DNA of 64,000 nt from Deltaproteobacteria bacterium (GCA_019307135.1 JAFDKF010000018.1:11321-75320); one strand, 5' to 3'; positions 42,444-53,254 are shown, counted from the stretch's first letter. The notes: generated from the letters alone by a model not told the origin. Translations and numbers: made by a program.

Positions 42444-42465
42444 AAAGTCGCAGGAATTTCAATAG

Positions 42466-42490
42466 GTTGTAGAAATTCCGAGACGTTGAG
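42466..42490 (+). promoter_or_regulatory. Conserved 25-nt leader motif GTTGTAGAAAYTCCGAGASGTYKAR (copy 1 of 3)
   Basis: gttgtagaaattccgagacgttgag ends 10 nt before ATG 42501. Confidence 0.45.
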
Positions 42491-42500
42491 CACCAGAGGA

Positions 42501-43340
42501 ATGAAAAACCCGATAGCTCAAGGATTCTCACCAGAGAGGTGCGTCGCCATATGCATTTTGTTCGTCGGAGCCCTCGCCGGAGCGGTCATCTATTTCGACG
42601 CGCAATCCCACCTGTTGAGGTTCTTTGATTGGCTTGAGGAGATTGGCGCATGGGCTCCACTTCTGTTCATTCTTATCGACATGTTAGTCGTGGTCTTTGT
42701 CTTGCCAGGGGTCATGCTGACGCTTGGCGCCGGATTTATGTTCGGTGTTCTAAAAGGCTCCTTGTACGTTGTCATCGGCACAACTCTTGGGGCGACGATC
42801 GCATTCATGATCGCGCGCCATTTTTTCGGCGAAAAGACCTCAAGATTCGTCCTGGCCCACTCAAAGTTGAAGCTGGTTAATGACGAGTTTACACGCAAGG
42901 GTTGGAAGATCGTTCTGCTAACGCGCCTTGTGCCGTTCTTTCCCTTCAAGCTCTCCAATTACTTTTTCGGGCTCATGCAAATCTCTCTGCGGCATTTCAT
43001 CTTAGGAGTTTTCTTCGGAATCTGGCCAATCACGATCAACAACGTTTATATCGGTTCTCTTGCTGCTGACCTCGCAACGCTTGGCTCGCGCAGCTCTTCA
43101 AGATCGCAGGCGGAATGGGCCATGTATGGCATCGGCCTTATCATAACAATCGCAGCGGTTGTTTACATCACTCGCCTGGCCCGCAGAGCGCTGGATGACT
43201 ATGGTCTGGAGGCGTTGACAGGTTCAGAGTTCACCGTTCAGAAATCAGAGATCAGAAATCAGAAGTCAGAGATCAGAAATCAGAAGTCAGAGATCAGAAA
43301 TCAGAAATCAGAAGCCAGACCTCCGACCTCTGATCTCTGA
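42501..43340 (+). CDS. TVP38/TMEM64 (DedA-related) family membrane protein
   Basis: The characteristic block is FVLPGVMLTLGAGFMFG. I prefer ATG 42501, because the track start at 42393 reads through a hairpin repeat. The last ~44 codons are encoded by MITE A9. Confidence 0.75.
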   Translation: MKNPIAQGFSPERCVAICILFVGALAGAVIYFDAQSHLLRFFDWLEEIGAWAPLLFILIDMLVVVFVLPGVMLTLGAGFMFGVLKGSLYVVIGTTLGATIAFMIARHFFGEKTSRFVLAHSKLKLVNDEFTRKGWKIVLLTRLVPFFPFKLSNYFFGLMQISLRHFILGVFFGIWPITINNVYIGSLAADLATLGSRSSSRSQAEWAMYGIGLIITIAAVVYITRLARRALDDYGLEALTGSEFTVQKSEIRNQKSEIRNQKSEIRNQKSEARPPTSDL

Positions 43341-43388
43341 CCTCTATTCTTTTAACCGACCCCTGAACCTGGAACCGATCACTTTAGA
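43208..43388. mobile_element. Hybrid family A/C MITE, copy A9
   Basis: The left end is A-type (ggaggcgttgacaggttcagagttcaccgttcag). The core is made of cagaaat/cagaagt/cagagat heptads. The right end is C-type (ctgaacctggaaccgatcactttag). Confidence 0.7.
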
Positions 43389-43401
43389 TTTGAGGTGAGC
43401 G

Positions 43402-45642
43402 ATGGTGTGGCTGAAATGGTTGCCTTGGAAATTCATCATTCGTCGTGCGGCCAGGGCCCACGGGTTCCTTGACCCGATCGCCCTGCTGGCCCACCTCCAT
43501 CGCTTCGCCCAACCCTCCGAGGTTGCCGAGCCGATCGAGTTGCTGCGCGCAGGCGTGGTGCTTCATGCCCGGGGCCTGATCAATAGCCGGGTCATACAGC
43601 ACAACCTGGATTGGGTTTGGCCCTACTGGATCGAGCGCCAATTCGACCCCAAAGACGACTCTTTTGTTCCTCGGGCCTTCTCCATCACCCACATCAATCT
43701 CACGCATCGCAACTGGACGGCCATCGGTTTGCCTGACTGTCCGGAACTGCCCATCGTCGATCCTCGGGGTTTAGTCACACCCCTTTTCGACGGCTGGTCC
43801 CTCGATGGATGGATTCTTGCTGAAGACGGACGCGTGTTGCTTCCTTCGCGCTTGCAATCGTGTCTCCAGAAACTTCATTTTGGCAATAGTCTTGCCGTTA
43901 AGACCGAAACTCATCAGGATGCCTTTTCTCTGATCACTCATGCGGAGGTTCAACTGGAAGCCCACACACCGGTCTGCCGAATGAGACTGATTGCGTGCGC
44001 CGGCACTGAAGCCTGGGCCGTTGTTGCGCTCCGTCCCTACAACCCCGAAGGGGTAAGCTTTATCCACAAGGTGGTCCTTTCGCCCGACCGAACGACCTGG
44101 ACGATCGACGGGCGCTGCGCCGTCGAATTCAGCGCTCCGGCAGAGCGCCACCATGTTTCCCATTATCGAACCGGAGACGTTCATATCCATTTGCGTGACC
44201 TCGACGACGAAAGCGCGGGGGCGTGTGACGTGGGCATGGCCACGGCGGCCGCGCTCTTCAAGCTTGAATCAAACAAACCCCGAGAAATCGTCGCCAGCGT
44301 CCCGCTCAAGAGCGATCAGGCCACAACGGACATTCCAATTGCTGCATGGCAAGAAAGCTTGAGAAACCACTGTGAACTTCGCGTTCCCGATGAACGTCTT
44401 CAGTTTCTCTACGACGCGGCCTTAAGGACCCTGGTCCTGCACTCGCCTGGCGACGTCTACCCGGGTCCCTATACGTACAAACGGTTCTGGTTCCGCGACG
44501 CGGCCTTTATCATTCACGCCTTACTTTGCGCCGGTTTGATCGATCGCGCTGAACGGGCCCTGGACCGTTTCCCTGCCCGCCAGAATGCTCTGGGATATTT
44601 TCATTCCCAGGACGGTGAATGGGATTCAAATGGCGAGGCGCTCTGGATCATGCGCCGGTTTTGCGAGCTTACCGGCTGGTCGGCCAAGAGTGACTGGTGG
44701 CATTCCATTCATCGTGGCGCTCGCTGGATTTATAAGAAACGCCTCCCCGACGATCATGATGCCTTTCATTCGGGTTTGCTGCCCCCGGGCTTCAGTGCCG
44801 AGCATCTCGGCCCCAACGACTACTACTACTGGGATGACTTCTGGGGGATCGCCGGTTTACAAGCCGCGGCCTATCTCGCTGAATCCTTGGGCAATAAGGA
44901 GGCGAGCAAGAAGTTCCTTCGTGAGGCCGACGCATTCTCGCGCGCCATTGATCGCAGCCTCGGCAAGGTGTCCGAGCGCCTTGGCCGGCACGCCATCCCG
45001 GCTTCCCCGTACCGCCGGCTTGATGCCGGAGCGATCGGGTCCCTGGCGGCTGGTTATCCACTCAGGCTCTGGCCTTCGGATGATCCCCGCTTGCTCGATA
45101 CCGTCGACTTCCTCCTCTCTAATTGCTTCGTTAAAGGGGGGTTCTTTCAGGATATGATCCACTCCGGGATTAATGCTTACCTGACGTTACATGTCGCTCA
45201 GGTTTTGCTTCGGGCAGGCAATCCATGCTATATTGAATTGATGACCTCGGTCGCGGAACTGGCGTCGCCAACAGGGCAGTGGCCCGAGGCGATTCACCCC
45301 TGCACCTGTGGCGGGTGCATGGGTGATGGCCAACACGTTTGGGCGGCGGCCGAGTGGGTCCTTATGATAAGGAATTGTTTTGTGCGCGAGGAAGGAGATC
45401 GCTTGATCATAGCTTCCGGGATTCCGCGATCCTGGTTAAGAGGCAGGGAGACGCTCTCCTTCGGCCCCGCGCCGACTTCCTTTGGCACTGTCTCGCTCTC
45501 CATCGAATCCGAAAGGAATAAGATCGTTATTTCCTGGAAAGGGGCATGGCACGCTGAACCGCCTTGCATTGAAGTGCGCGTTCCAGGGTTTGATCCCTGT
45601 ATTGCCAGGCCGGATCAACATGCCATCGAGTTATCCCTATGA
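43402..45642 (+). CDS. Six-hairpin (alpha/alpha)6 glycosidase-like protein (GDE_C / GH15-like)
   Basis: Track ORF of 746 aa. The block YKRFWFRDAAFIIHALL...GYFHSQDGEWDSNGEALW resembles the catalytic-domain signature of debranching-enzyme/glucoamylase-like folds. The family assignment is by eye only. Confidence 0.5.
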   Translation: MVWLKWLPWKFIIRRAARAHGFLDPIALLAHLHRFAQPSEVAEPIELLRAGVVLHARGLINSRVIQHNLDWVWPYWIERQFDPKDDSFVPRAFSITHINLTHRNWTAIGLPDCPELPIVDPRGLVTPLFDGWSLDGWILAEDGRVLLPSRLQSCLQKLHFGNSLAVKTETHQDAFSLITHAEVQLEAHTPVCRMRLIACAGTEAWAVVALRPYNPEGVSFIHKVVLSPDRTTWTIDGRCAVEFSAPAERHHVSHYRTGDVHIHLRDLDDESAGACDVGMATAAALFKLESNKPREIVASVPLKSDQATTDIPIAAWQESLRNHCELRVPDERLQFLYDAALRTLVLHSPGDVYPGPYTYKRFWFRDAAFIIHALLCAGLIDRAERALDRFPARQNALGYFHSQDGEWDSNGEALWIMRRFCELTGWSAKSDWWHSIHRGARWIYKKRLPDDHDAFHSGLLPPGFSAEHLGPNDYYYWDDFWGIAGLQAAAYLAESLGNKEASKKFLREADAFSRAIDRSLGKVSERLGRHAIPASPYRRLDAGAIGSLAAGYPLRLWPSDDPRLLDTVDFLLSNCFVKGGFFQDMIHSGINAYLTLHVAQVLLRAGNPCYIELMTSVAELASPTGQWPEAIHPCTCGGCMGDGQHVWAAAEWVLMIRNCFVREEGDRLIIASGIPRSWLRGRETLSFGPAPTSFGTVSLSIESERNKIVISWKGAWHAEPPCIEVRVPGFDPCIARPDQHAIELSL

Positions 45643-46928
45643 ATATCCTCATGATGACCAATACGTTCACCCCCCATGTCGGCGGAGTATCTCGCTCGGT
45701 CGAAGCCTTCACGGCCGCGTATCGGAAGCGTGGCCACCGGGTGCTGGTGGTGGCTCCCGTGTTTGAAAACATGCCGGAAGACGAGATGGATGTGGTCCGC
45801 ATCCCGGCCATCCAGCATTTCAATGGCAGCGATTTTTCGGTCGTTTTGCCGATCCCCGGATTTGTCACCTTGGCTGTCGAGGCATTCAAACCGGATATTG
45901 TCCACTCCCATCATCCTTTTCTCGTCGGTAGAACGGCACTGCGGATGGCCCGTCGCCATGAGCTTCCGCTTGTCTTCACACACCACACCATGTACGAACA
46001 ATACACCCACTATGTTCCGGGAGACTCAAAAGCACTCAAGCGCTTCGTTATCAAGCTCTCGACCAGCTATGGCAATATCTGCGACCAGGTCTTTGCCCCG
46101 AGCGAAAGCGTGGCTTCGGTACTGCGGGAGCGCGGGGTCGAGGCCCCGATCGATGTCGTTCCCACCGGCGTTCAGTTGCAGCGATTCGCCCGAGGCAGCG
46201 GCCCGGGCTTTCGGTCGGCCATGGAGATCCCCGAAGATGCCTTTGTCATCGGTCACCTGGGCAGGCTTGCCCCGGAAAAAAACCTCGAGTTCCTGGCCAA
46301 AGCCATCACCGCATTTCTTAAAAGCGAAAAACGAGCCCATTTCCTCGTTGTTGGAAGGGGGCCTTCGGAGAAAGCCATCCGGGATTTCTTCATTGGGAAA
46401 GGAATGGCCGATCGCTTGCACGTCGCAGGTATTCTTGAGCATCCTCTGCTTGCGAGCGCCTATCGCGCCATGGATGTGTTTGCATTTGCGTCAAAGAGCG
46501 AGACACAGGGCATGGTCTTGACAGAAGCCATGGCGGCCGGGGTTCCTGTGGTGGCCCTTGATGCGCCCGGGGTACGCGAGGTCGTGGTAGATCACCGCAA
46601 CGGCAGGCTCCTGCATTCTGAGACCATCGCGGAATTCTCATCTGCCTTGCAGTGGGTTGCCTCGCTTACCCCTGAACAAATGCAACAACTCAGGGAGGGC
46701 GCCAAAAATACCGCCGAACAATTCTCCATAGGCCGCTCGGCCGATAAGGCCCTGGTTTTGTACGAGTATCTCCGGAAAAGGGAATTTGTTCACCGGCATG
46801 CGGAGTACAACGTGTGGACGACCGTCCTGCGTCTGATCAAAACCGAGTGGGACGTGCTAAAAGGTTTAGCCGAAGCGGCTGGCGCTGCATTTAAGGTTCA
46901 CAAGCCGGGAGGTGAAACGCAACCATGA
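45639..46928 (+). CDS. GT4-family glycosyltransferase (GT-B fold)
   Basis: Track ORF of 429 aa. The N-terminus is MNILMMTNTFTPHVGGVSRSV. The C-terminal EX7E-type region is SETQGMVLTEAMAAGVPVVA. It overlaps the upstream gene by 4 nt. Confidence 0.8.
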   Translation: MNILMMTNTFTPHVGGVSRSVEAFTAAYRKRGHRVLVVAPVFENMPEDEMDVVRIPAIQHFNGSDFSVVLPIPGFVTLAVEAFKPDIVHSHHPFLVGRTALRMARRHELPLVFTHHTMYEQYTHYVPGDSKALKRFVIKLSTSYGNICDQVFAPSESVASVLRERGVEAPIDVVPTGVQLQRFARGSGPGFRSAMEIPEDAFVIGHLGRLAPEKNLEFLAKAITAFLKSEKRAHFLVVGRGPSEKAIRDFFIGKGMADRLHVAGILEHPLLASAYRAMDVFAFASKSETQGMVLTEAMAAGVPVVALDAPGVREVVVDHRNGRLLHSETIAEFSSALQWVASLTPEQMQQLREGAKNTAEQFSIGRSADKALVLYEYLRKREFVHRHAEYNVWTTVLRLIKTEWDVLKGLAEAAGAAFKVHKPGGETQP

Positions 46929-49333
46929 TCTGTCGGCTTGAAGTGCTTCTACGAAAGGTGCGCCGCCGCGTCAGCCGCAGTGAGTGGTTGATCCGTTTGT
47001 TTCGCCTCCCAAAGTCGAAGGAAACAGCCACGACTCCCGGTCTCGTCATGATCCAGATTGACGGCCTCTCCCATACGCAATTGAACCGTGCCCTTGAAAA
47101 CGACAGGATGCCTTCCCTTCGCAACCTCCTCGGGCGCGAGCGATATTGCCTGCACACGCTTTACTCTGGCATGCCTTCGAGCACGCCGGCCGTGCAAGGT
47201 GAACTCTTCTATGGCGTCAAATGTGCTACCCCGGCCTTCAGCTACATGGATCGGGAATCCGGTCAGGTGATGCAAATGTTCGATCCTGCCTCGGCCGCCG
47301 GCGTTGAGCACAAACTTGAGAAAAAAGGCGAGGCCCTCCTCAAAGGTGGAAGCGCTTACACAGATATCTACACCGGCGGCGCGGCTGAGGCCCACTTCTG
47401 CCCGTCGTCTCTCGGCTGGGGATCGCTTCTCCGGGTGGCCAATCCCCTTGCTTTAAGTTTTTTTATCCTCTCGAATGCTTACAGTTTCGTGCGCACGGCT
47501 GTTCTCCTGGTCATCGAGTTCTTCCTGGCTATTGTTGACTGCCTCCGCGGTCTGATCAATGGCCACGATCTGGTAAAAGAACTCAAATTCGTGCCGACTC
47601 GCGTGGCCATTTGCATTCTGCTGCGTGAATTGGTCACGATTGGGACAAAGATCGATATGGCAAGAGGGTTGCCCGTCCTCCACCTCAACTTCATCGGCTA
47701 CGACGAGCAGGCTCATCGCCGAGGCCCCTCATCAAAATTCGCCCATTGGACCCTTAAGGGGATCGATGACGCTATCGCCCGAATCTGGCGCGCGGCAAAA
47801 CGCTCGGCTCGTCGCGATTACGATGTCTGGGTCTACTCTGACCACGGGCAGGAAAAAACACTCCCCTATCCCAACCAACACGGCCGGACCATAGAAGAGG
47901 CCGTGGCCGACGTGTTTGAGCATTTGGAGGACGAGCGTACTGATGTCCGGCCCGACGATCGCCCGGGCATCCAGTACCAACGTGCACGCCATCTCGGTGG
48001 CAAGAAGATTCAAAAGCTCTTCCCCGTCCACCGTGAAGCTGAAGAAAAACCGAAAAGCTCCAAGCTTGCCGTGACAGCAATGGGCCCTCTGGGCATGGTT
48101 TACGCTTCCCCTGAACTTGCGCCGGCGGAACGTGACCGTCTGGCCAGGCAACTCGTGGACTCCGCAAAGGTCCCTCTTGTGCTGGTGACCGACGGGCCCG
48201 TAAAACTACGGGCCTGGACCGAAGAAGGTGAGTTTGTGTTACCCGAACAAAAAGAAAAGATCCTCGGTCCTGACCATCCCTTCCTTGAGGAGGTCACCCG
48301 CGATTTGATCGCATTGTGCCAGCATCCCGACGCCGGAGACTTTGTGATCTGCGGATGGCGAGCCGGCGCCGAACCCTACAGCTTTCCCATAGAGAACGGT
48401 TCCCATGCAGGGCCGGGACCCGAGGAAACAAAAGCTTTCGCGTTGCTACCTGCTGATACGCCTCTTCCCGAGCGCCACCGCGATTACCTCCGCCCCATGG
48501 ATCTTCGCCACGCCGCCTTCCACGCCCTTGGCCGATCCGAAGGCAGGATTTCCATGAAACCGAATCGGAAGACCGCCGCAGACCAAACGCTTCGCATCAT
48601 GACCTACAACGTCCACAGTTGTATCGGGATGGATGGCAAGATTCTACCCGAGCGGATCGCACGGGTAATCGCCCAACACGCCCCTGACATCGTTGCGCTT
48701 CAGGAACTGGACGTGGGCAGGTCGCGCACCAATGGTGTTGACCAGGCCTGTCTCATCGCGCGATCCCTCGAGATGGAATTTCACTTTCATCCGTCAATCC
48801 GCATGGAAAAAGGTCTTTACGGCAACGCCATCCTGACCCATTTTCCCATGCGTCCGGTCAGGGCTGACAAGTTGCCCGGGCTGCCCAACAAGCCGCACCT
48901 TGAACCCCGAGGAGCGCTCTGGGCCGCCATCGACGTGCACGGAACTGAGATCCAGTTCATCACCACCCATCTGGGGCTTAGGATGAATGAACGGAGGGTG
49001 CAGGCTGACGCGCTGCTTAACGCCGACTGGCTATCCCATCCCGATTGTCGCGAGCCGATTATTCTATGTGGCGACTTCAACGCCCTCCCGTCTGCACCCG
49101 TGTGCCTCCGGCTCCGAGGCCGTCTCCACGATGCACAGATCAAGATAGACAACCACCGCCCGAAAAACACCTGGTTCGGGCGGTATCCATCGGCTCGCAT
49201 TGATCACGTCTTTGTGGACGTCAGTGTCGAGGTGGTCCACGTCGAGGTGCCAAGCACCGAGCTTACGCGCGTTTCTTCTGACCATCTACCGCTGATTGTT
49301 GACGTTCGAATACCCAGGGAAAGAGCGATATGA
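46925..49333 (+). CDS. Fusion protein: alkaline-phosphatase-superfamily phosphodiesterase/pyrophosphatase-like N-half plus endonuclease/exonuclease/phosphatase (EEP) C-half
   Basis: Track ORF of 802 aa. The N-half has IQIDGLS, MPSSTPAVQ (nucleophile-like Thr), GYDEQAHRRGP and SDHGQE. The C-half has LRIMTYNVHS, DIVALQELD and SDHLPLIVDV. Confidence 0.7.
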   Translation: MICRLEVLLRKVRRRVSRSEWLIRLFRLPKSKETATTPGLVMIQIDGLSHTQLNRALENDRMPSLRNLLGRERYCLHTLYSGMPSSTPAVQGELFYGVKCATPAFSYMDRESGQVMQMFDPASAAGVEHKLEKKGEALLKGGSAYTDIYTGGAAEAHFCPSSLGWGSLLRVANPLALSFFILSNAYSFVRTAVLLVIEFFLAIVDCLRGLINGHDLVKELKFVPTRVAICILLRELVTIGTKIDMARGLPVLHLNFIGYDEQAHRRGPSSKFAHWTLKGIDDAIARIWRAAKRSARRDYDVWVYSDHGQEKTLPYPNQHGRTIEEAVADVFEHLEDERTDVRPDDRPGIQYQRARHLGGKKIQKLFPVHREAEEKPKSSKLAVTAMGPLGMVYASPELAPAERDRLARQLVDSAKVPLVLVTDGPVKLRAWTEEGEFVLPEQKEKILGPDHPFLEEVTRDLIALCQHPDAGDFVICGWRAGAEPYSFPIENGSHAGPGPEETKAFALLPADTPLPERHRDYLRPMDLRHAAFHALGRSEGRISMKPNRKTAADQTLRIMTYNVHSCIGMDGKILPERIARVIAQHAPDIVALQELDVGRSRTNGVDQACLIARSLEMEFHFHPSIRMEKGLYGNAILTHFPMRPVRADKLPGLPNKPHLEPRGALWAAIDVHGTEIQFITTHLGLRMNERRVQADALLNADWLSHPDCREPIILCGDFNALPSAPVCLRLRGRLHDAQIKIDNHRPKNTWFGRYPSARIDHVFVDVSVEVVHVEVPSTELTRVSSDHLPLIVDVRIPRERAI

Positions 49334-49366
49334 TATTTACATTTCCAAACAGTGTGTGATAAATTT

Positions 49367-49543
49367 GTAACATGGGTTCAGGGTTCACCGTTCAGAAGTC
49401 AGAGATCAGAAGTCAGAGATCAGAAGTCAGAGTCAGAGATCAGAAGTCAGAAGTCAGAAGTCAGAAGTCAGACCTCCGACCTCTGATCTCTGACCTCTAT
49501 TCTTTTAACTGAACCCATGAACGGTGAACCCGTGAACGGTTAC
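49367..49543. mobile_element. Family A MITE, copy A10, ending 10 nt before atpD
   Basis: It runs from gtaacatgggttcagggttcaccgttcag through cagaagtcagagat and cagaagt runs to ctgaacccatgaacggtgaacccgtgaacggttac. Confidence 0.75.
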
Positions 49544-49550
49544 GGTTTGA

Positions 49551-51328
<1,778 letters not shown>

Positions 51329-51336
51329 ACAAGCCC

Positions 51337-51666
51337 GTGAAAAAAAAGCGTTACCGAACATGCGAAGAACTGAGCGAGACGGTAGGGGCCAAAGAAGCCC
51401 GCAAGATAAGGGCGCGTCGTCAAAAACACGAGGGTGTCTGGTTCGGACTCGGCATGTTTGGCCTCGTGGGATGGTCGGTGGCCATCCCCACATTGGTAGG
51501 CATAGCATTAGGGATCTGGATAGATCTGAAATGGCCAGGCCGCTATTCGTGGACTCTTATGCTACTCATCATCGGCATCATGCTTGGTTGCCTGAATGCT
51601 TGGTTCTGGATTGCGCGTGAGCGAAACATGATTGGGGAGGACAAAGAGGAGCAGGGGTGTGGGTGA
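51337..51666 (+). CDS. atpQ: N-ATPase AtpQ (AtpI/ATPase_gene1-like small membrane protein)
   Basis: Track ORF of 109 aa with a basic N-terminus and two TM helices. It occupies the third position, as in N-ATPase operons. Confidence 0.7.
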   Translation: MKKKRYRTCEELSETVGAKEARKIRARRQKHEGVWFGLGMFGLVGWSVAIPTLVGIALGIWIDLKWPGRYSWTLMLLIIGIMLGCLNAWFWIARERNMIGEDKEEQGCG

Positions 51667-51979
51667 TCTCTTATCGCTTGTGCTGGCTCTTGCGGCAGGC
51701 ATCGGACTCGGGATGTTTTACTTCGGTGGCCTGTGGTTGACGGTCCGGCGGCTCCCCACAGTGCGATGGCCGGCCTTTTTGAGTCTGTTGAGTTTCTTTG
51801 CGCGCTTGGGGGTGGTTCTGTTTGGGTTTTATCTCGTCATGGGCGGTCACTGGGAACGACTTCTCGTTTGTCTGTTCGGTTTTCTAGCGATCCGGATCAT
51901 CCTTGTGCGTCTGTGGGGACCTGATAGAACCAGTCGCAGTAAAAGGATGGCTGAAGTTAAGGATTTTCGTCATTTCTAA
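51632..51979 (+). CDS. atpR: N-ATPase AtpR (membrane protein with conserved intramembrane Arg)
   Basis: The motif FYFGGLWLTVRRL is typical of AtpR. The real start is probably GTG 51659, which overlaps the atpQ stop. Confidence 0.7.
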   Translation: MGRTKRSRGVGDLLSLVLALAAGIGLGMFYFGGLWLTVRRLPTVRWPAFLSLLSFFARLGVVLFGFYLVMGGHWERLLVCLFGFLAIRIILVRLWGPDRTSRSKRMAEVKDFRHF

Positions 51980-51981
51980 TT

Positions 51982-52017
51982 TTAGGCACTTTAGCTCACT
52001 TTAGGCACTTTAGCTCA
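51982..52017. repeat. Tandem 18-mer x2 in the atpR-atpB spacer
   Basis: ttaggcactttagctcac is repeated twice without a gap. Confidence 0.7.
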
Positions 52018-52033
52018 CTCAAATCGGTTTCCT

Positions 52034-52750
52034 ATGCGTATAAGTCCTGATGCCGTAGTCTTCTTTCAATGGGGACCCATTTCCCTGAATGCAACGATCC
52101 TTTTTACCTGGTGCGTGATGGCGCTCATGGTCCTTGGCTCCTGGCTGGTAACCCGAAGGCTCTCGACAGAGACCAGGCTGTCTCGATGGCAGAACCTCAT
52201 GGAAGTTCTGGTGACCGGTATAAGAGATGAGATCCGCGAGATCAGTGGCCAGGTTCCAGGCCGATACTTGCCTTTTGTGGGTACGCTCTTTCTATTCATT
52301 GCGGTGTCAAATCTTTTGAGCATCGTTCCTGGCTATGAGCCACCCACGGGCTCTCTCTCAACCACAGCAGCACTGGCTGGGTGTGTCTTTGTGGCGGTTC
52401 CCCTATACGGCATTGCCGAGAATGGTCTCTCCTACTTCGGGCAGTATATCAAGCCTTCGGTGTTCATGTTGCCGTTCAATATCATGGGAGAGTTATCGCG
52501 CACCCTGGCACTGGCCGTTCGACTTTTTGGAAACGTCATGAGCGGCACTATGATCGTTGCCATCCTGCTTGGCCTTGCACCTCTTATCTTTCCCGTTGTC
52601 ATGCAGGCCTTGGGGCTCTTAACCGGAATGATCCAGGCGTATATTTTTGCAATCCTGGCCATGGTATATATCGCTGCCGCGACTCGCGCCCACCGCCAGG
52701 AAGGACAAGCCAACCAGCAAGCTAAGAAAGGAGATCTGTCAGATGGATAA
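52034..52750 (+). CDS. atpB: N-type F-ATPase a subunit
   Basis: Track ORF of 238 aa, polytopic, with the essential Arg context LAVRLFGNVMSG. Confidence 0.85.
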   Translation: MRISPDAVVFFQWGPISLNATILFTWCVMALMVLGSWLVTRRLSTETRLSRWQNLMEVLVTGIRDEIREISGQVPGRYLPFVGTLFLFIAVSNLLSIVPGYEPPTGSLSTTAALAGCVFVAVPLYGIAENGLSYFGQYIKPSVFMLPFNIMGELSRTLALAVRLFGNVMSGTMIVAILLGLAPLIFPVVMQALGLLTGMIQAYIFAILAMVYIAAATRAHRQEGQANQQAKKGDLSDG

Positions 52751-53021
52751 CATTGGTCTCATTGGTACGATATCCGTAATTGCCTCGGGACTGACCATGG
52801 CCATAGGTTCGATCGCTCCCGCACTGGGAGAGGCGCGGGCATTGGCCCAGGCGTTGAGCTCCATTGCTCAACAGCCGGATGAAGCCAATACCATTACACG
52901 AACCCTCTTTGTGGGTTTGGCCATGGTGGAGTCTACCGCCATTTACTGCTTTGTGGTGGCCATGATTCTGATCTTTGCCAACCCCTTCTGGGAACACGTG
53001 GTATCTAAGGTCCGTCCGTAA
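52743..53021 (+). CDS. atpE: N-type F-ATPase c subunit
   Basis: ATG 52743 starts MDNIGLIG and overlaps the atpB stop (ATGGATAA). The protein is a two-helix hairpin with the loop QQPDE, helix-2 motif VESTAIY and helix-1 motif ALGEA. Confidence 0.85.
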   Translation: MDNIGLIGTISVIASGLTMAIGSIAPALGEARALAQALSSIAQQPDEANTITRTLFVGLAMVESTAIYCFVVAMILIFANPFWEHVVSKVRP

Positions 53022-53033
53022 ATACGCCAAATT

Positions 53034-53085
53034 TCCTTCCCCCAACTCCTATTCTTAGGAGGGAGTTGGGGGAAGGAGTTTATCT
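53034..53085 (+). terminator. Strong hairpin (16-bp stem) plus a U-rich tail directly after atpE; terminator, attenuator or mRNA stabiliser
   Basis: tccttcccccaactcc pairs with ggagttgggggaagga and is followed by gtttatct. Confidence 0.4.
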
Positions 53086-53234
53086 ATAGTGTCCATCCAG
53101 AAATGGTAGATTTTGTCCCGAGACAAGGCCGCACAAAGGTTTCTACCGCAGATGTAGCAGCGCTACTTCGAGGATAGGAACCTGCGGAGAACGCTGTATC
53201 GGGGCAAAAGATGCCGTTTCTGGATGGACACTAT
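53086..53234. mobile_element. MITE with ~20-bp terminal inverted repeats (ATAGTGTCCATCCAGAAA) in the atpE-atpF spacer
   Basis: The left end is atagtgtccatccagaaatgg and the right end is ccgtttctggatggacactat. I could not define a clear target duplication. Confidence 0.7.
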
Positions 53235-53254
53235 CTAAGGCTGGAGGATGGTCC

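Noticed and set aside
42393-42500. The N-terminal 36 residues of the track ORF for the TVP38 protein
   Set aside because: This part translates the family I hairpin repeat and the 25-nt leader motif. ATG 42501 follows a purine-rich ribosome-binding site and starts just before the first TM helix.
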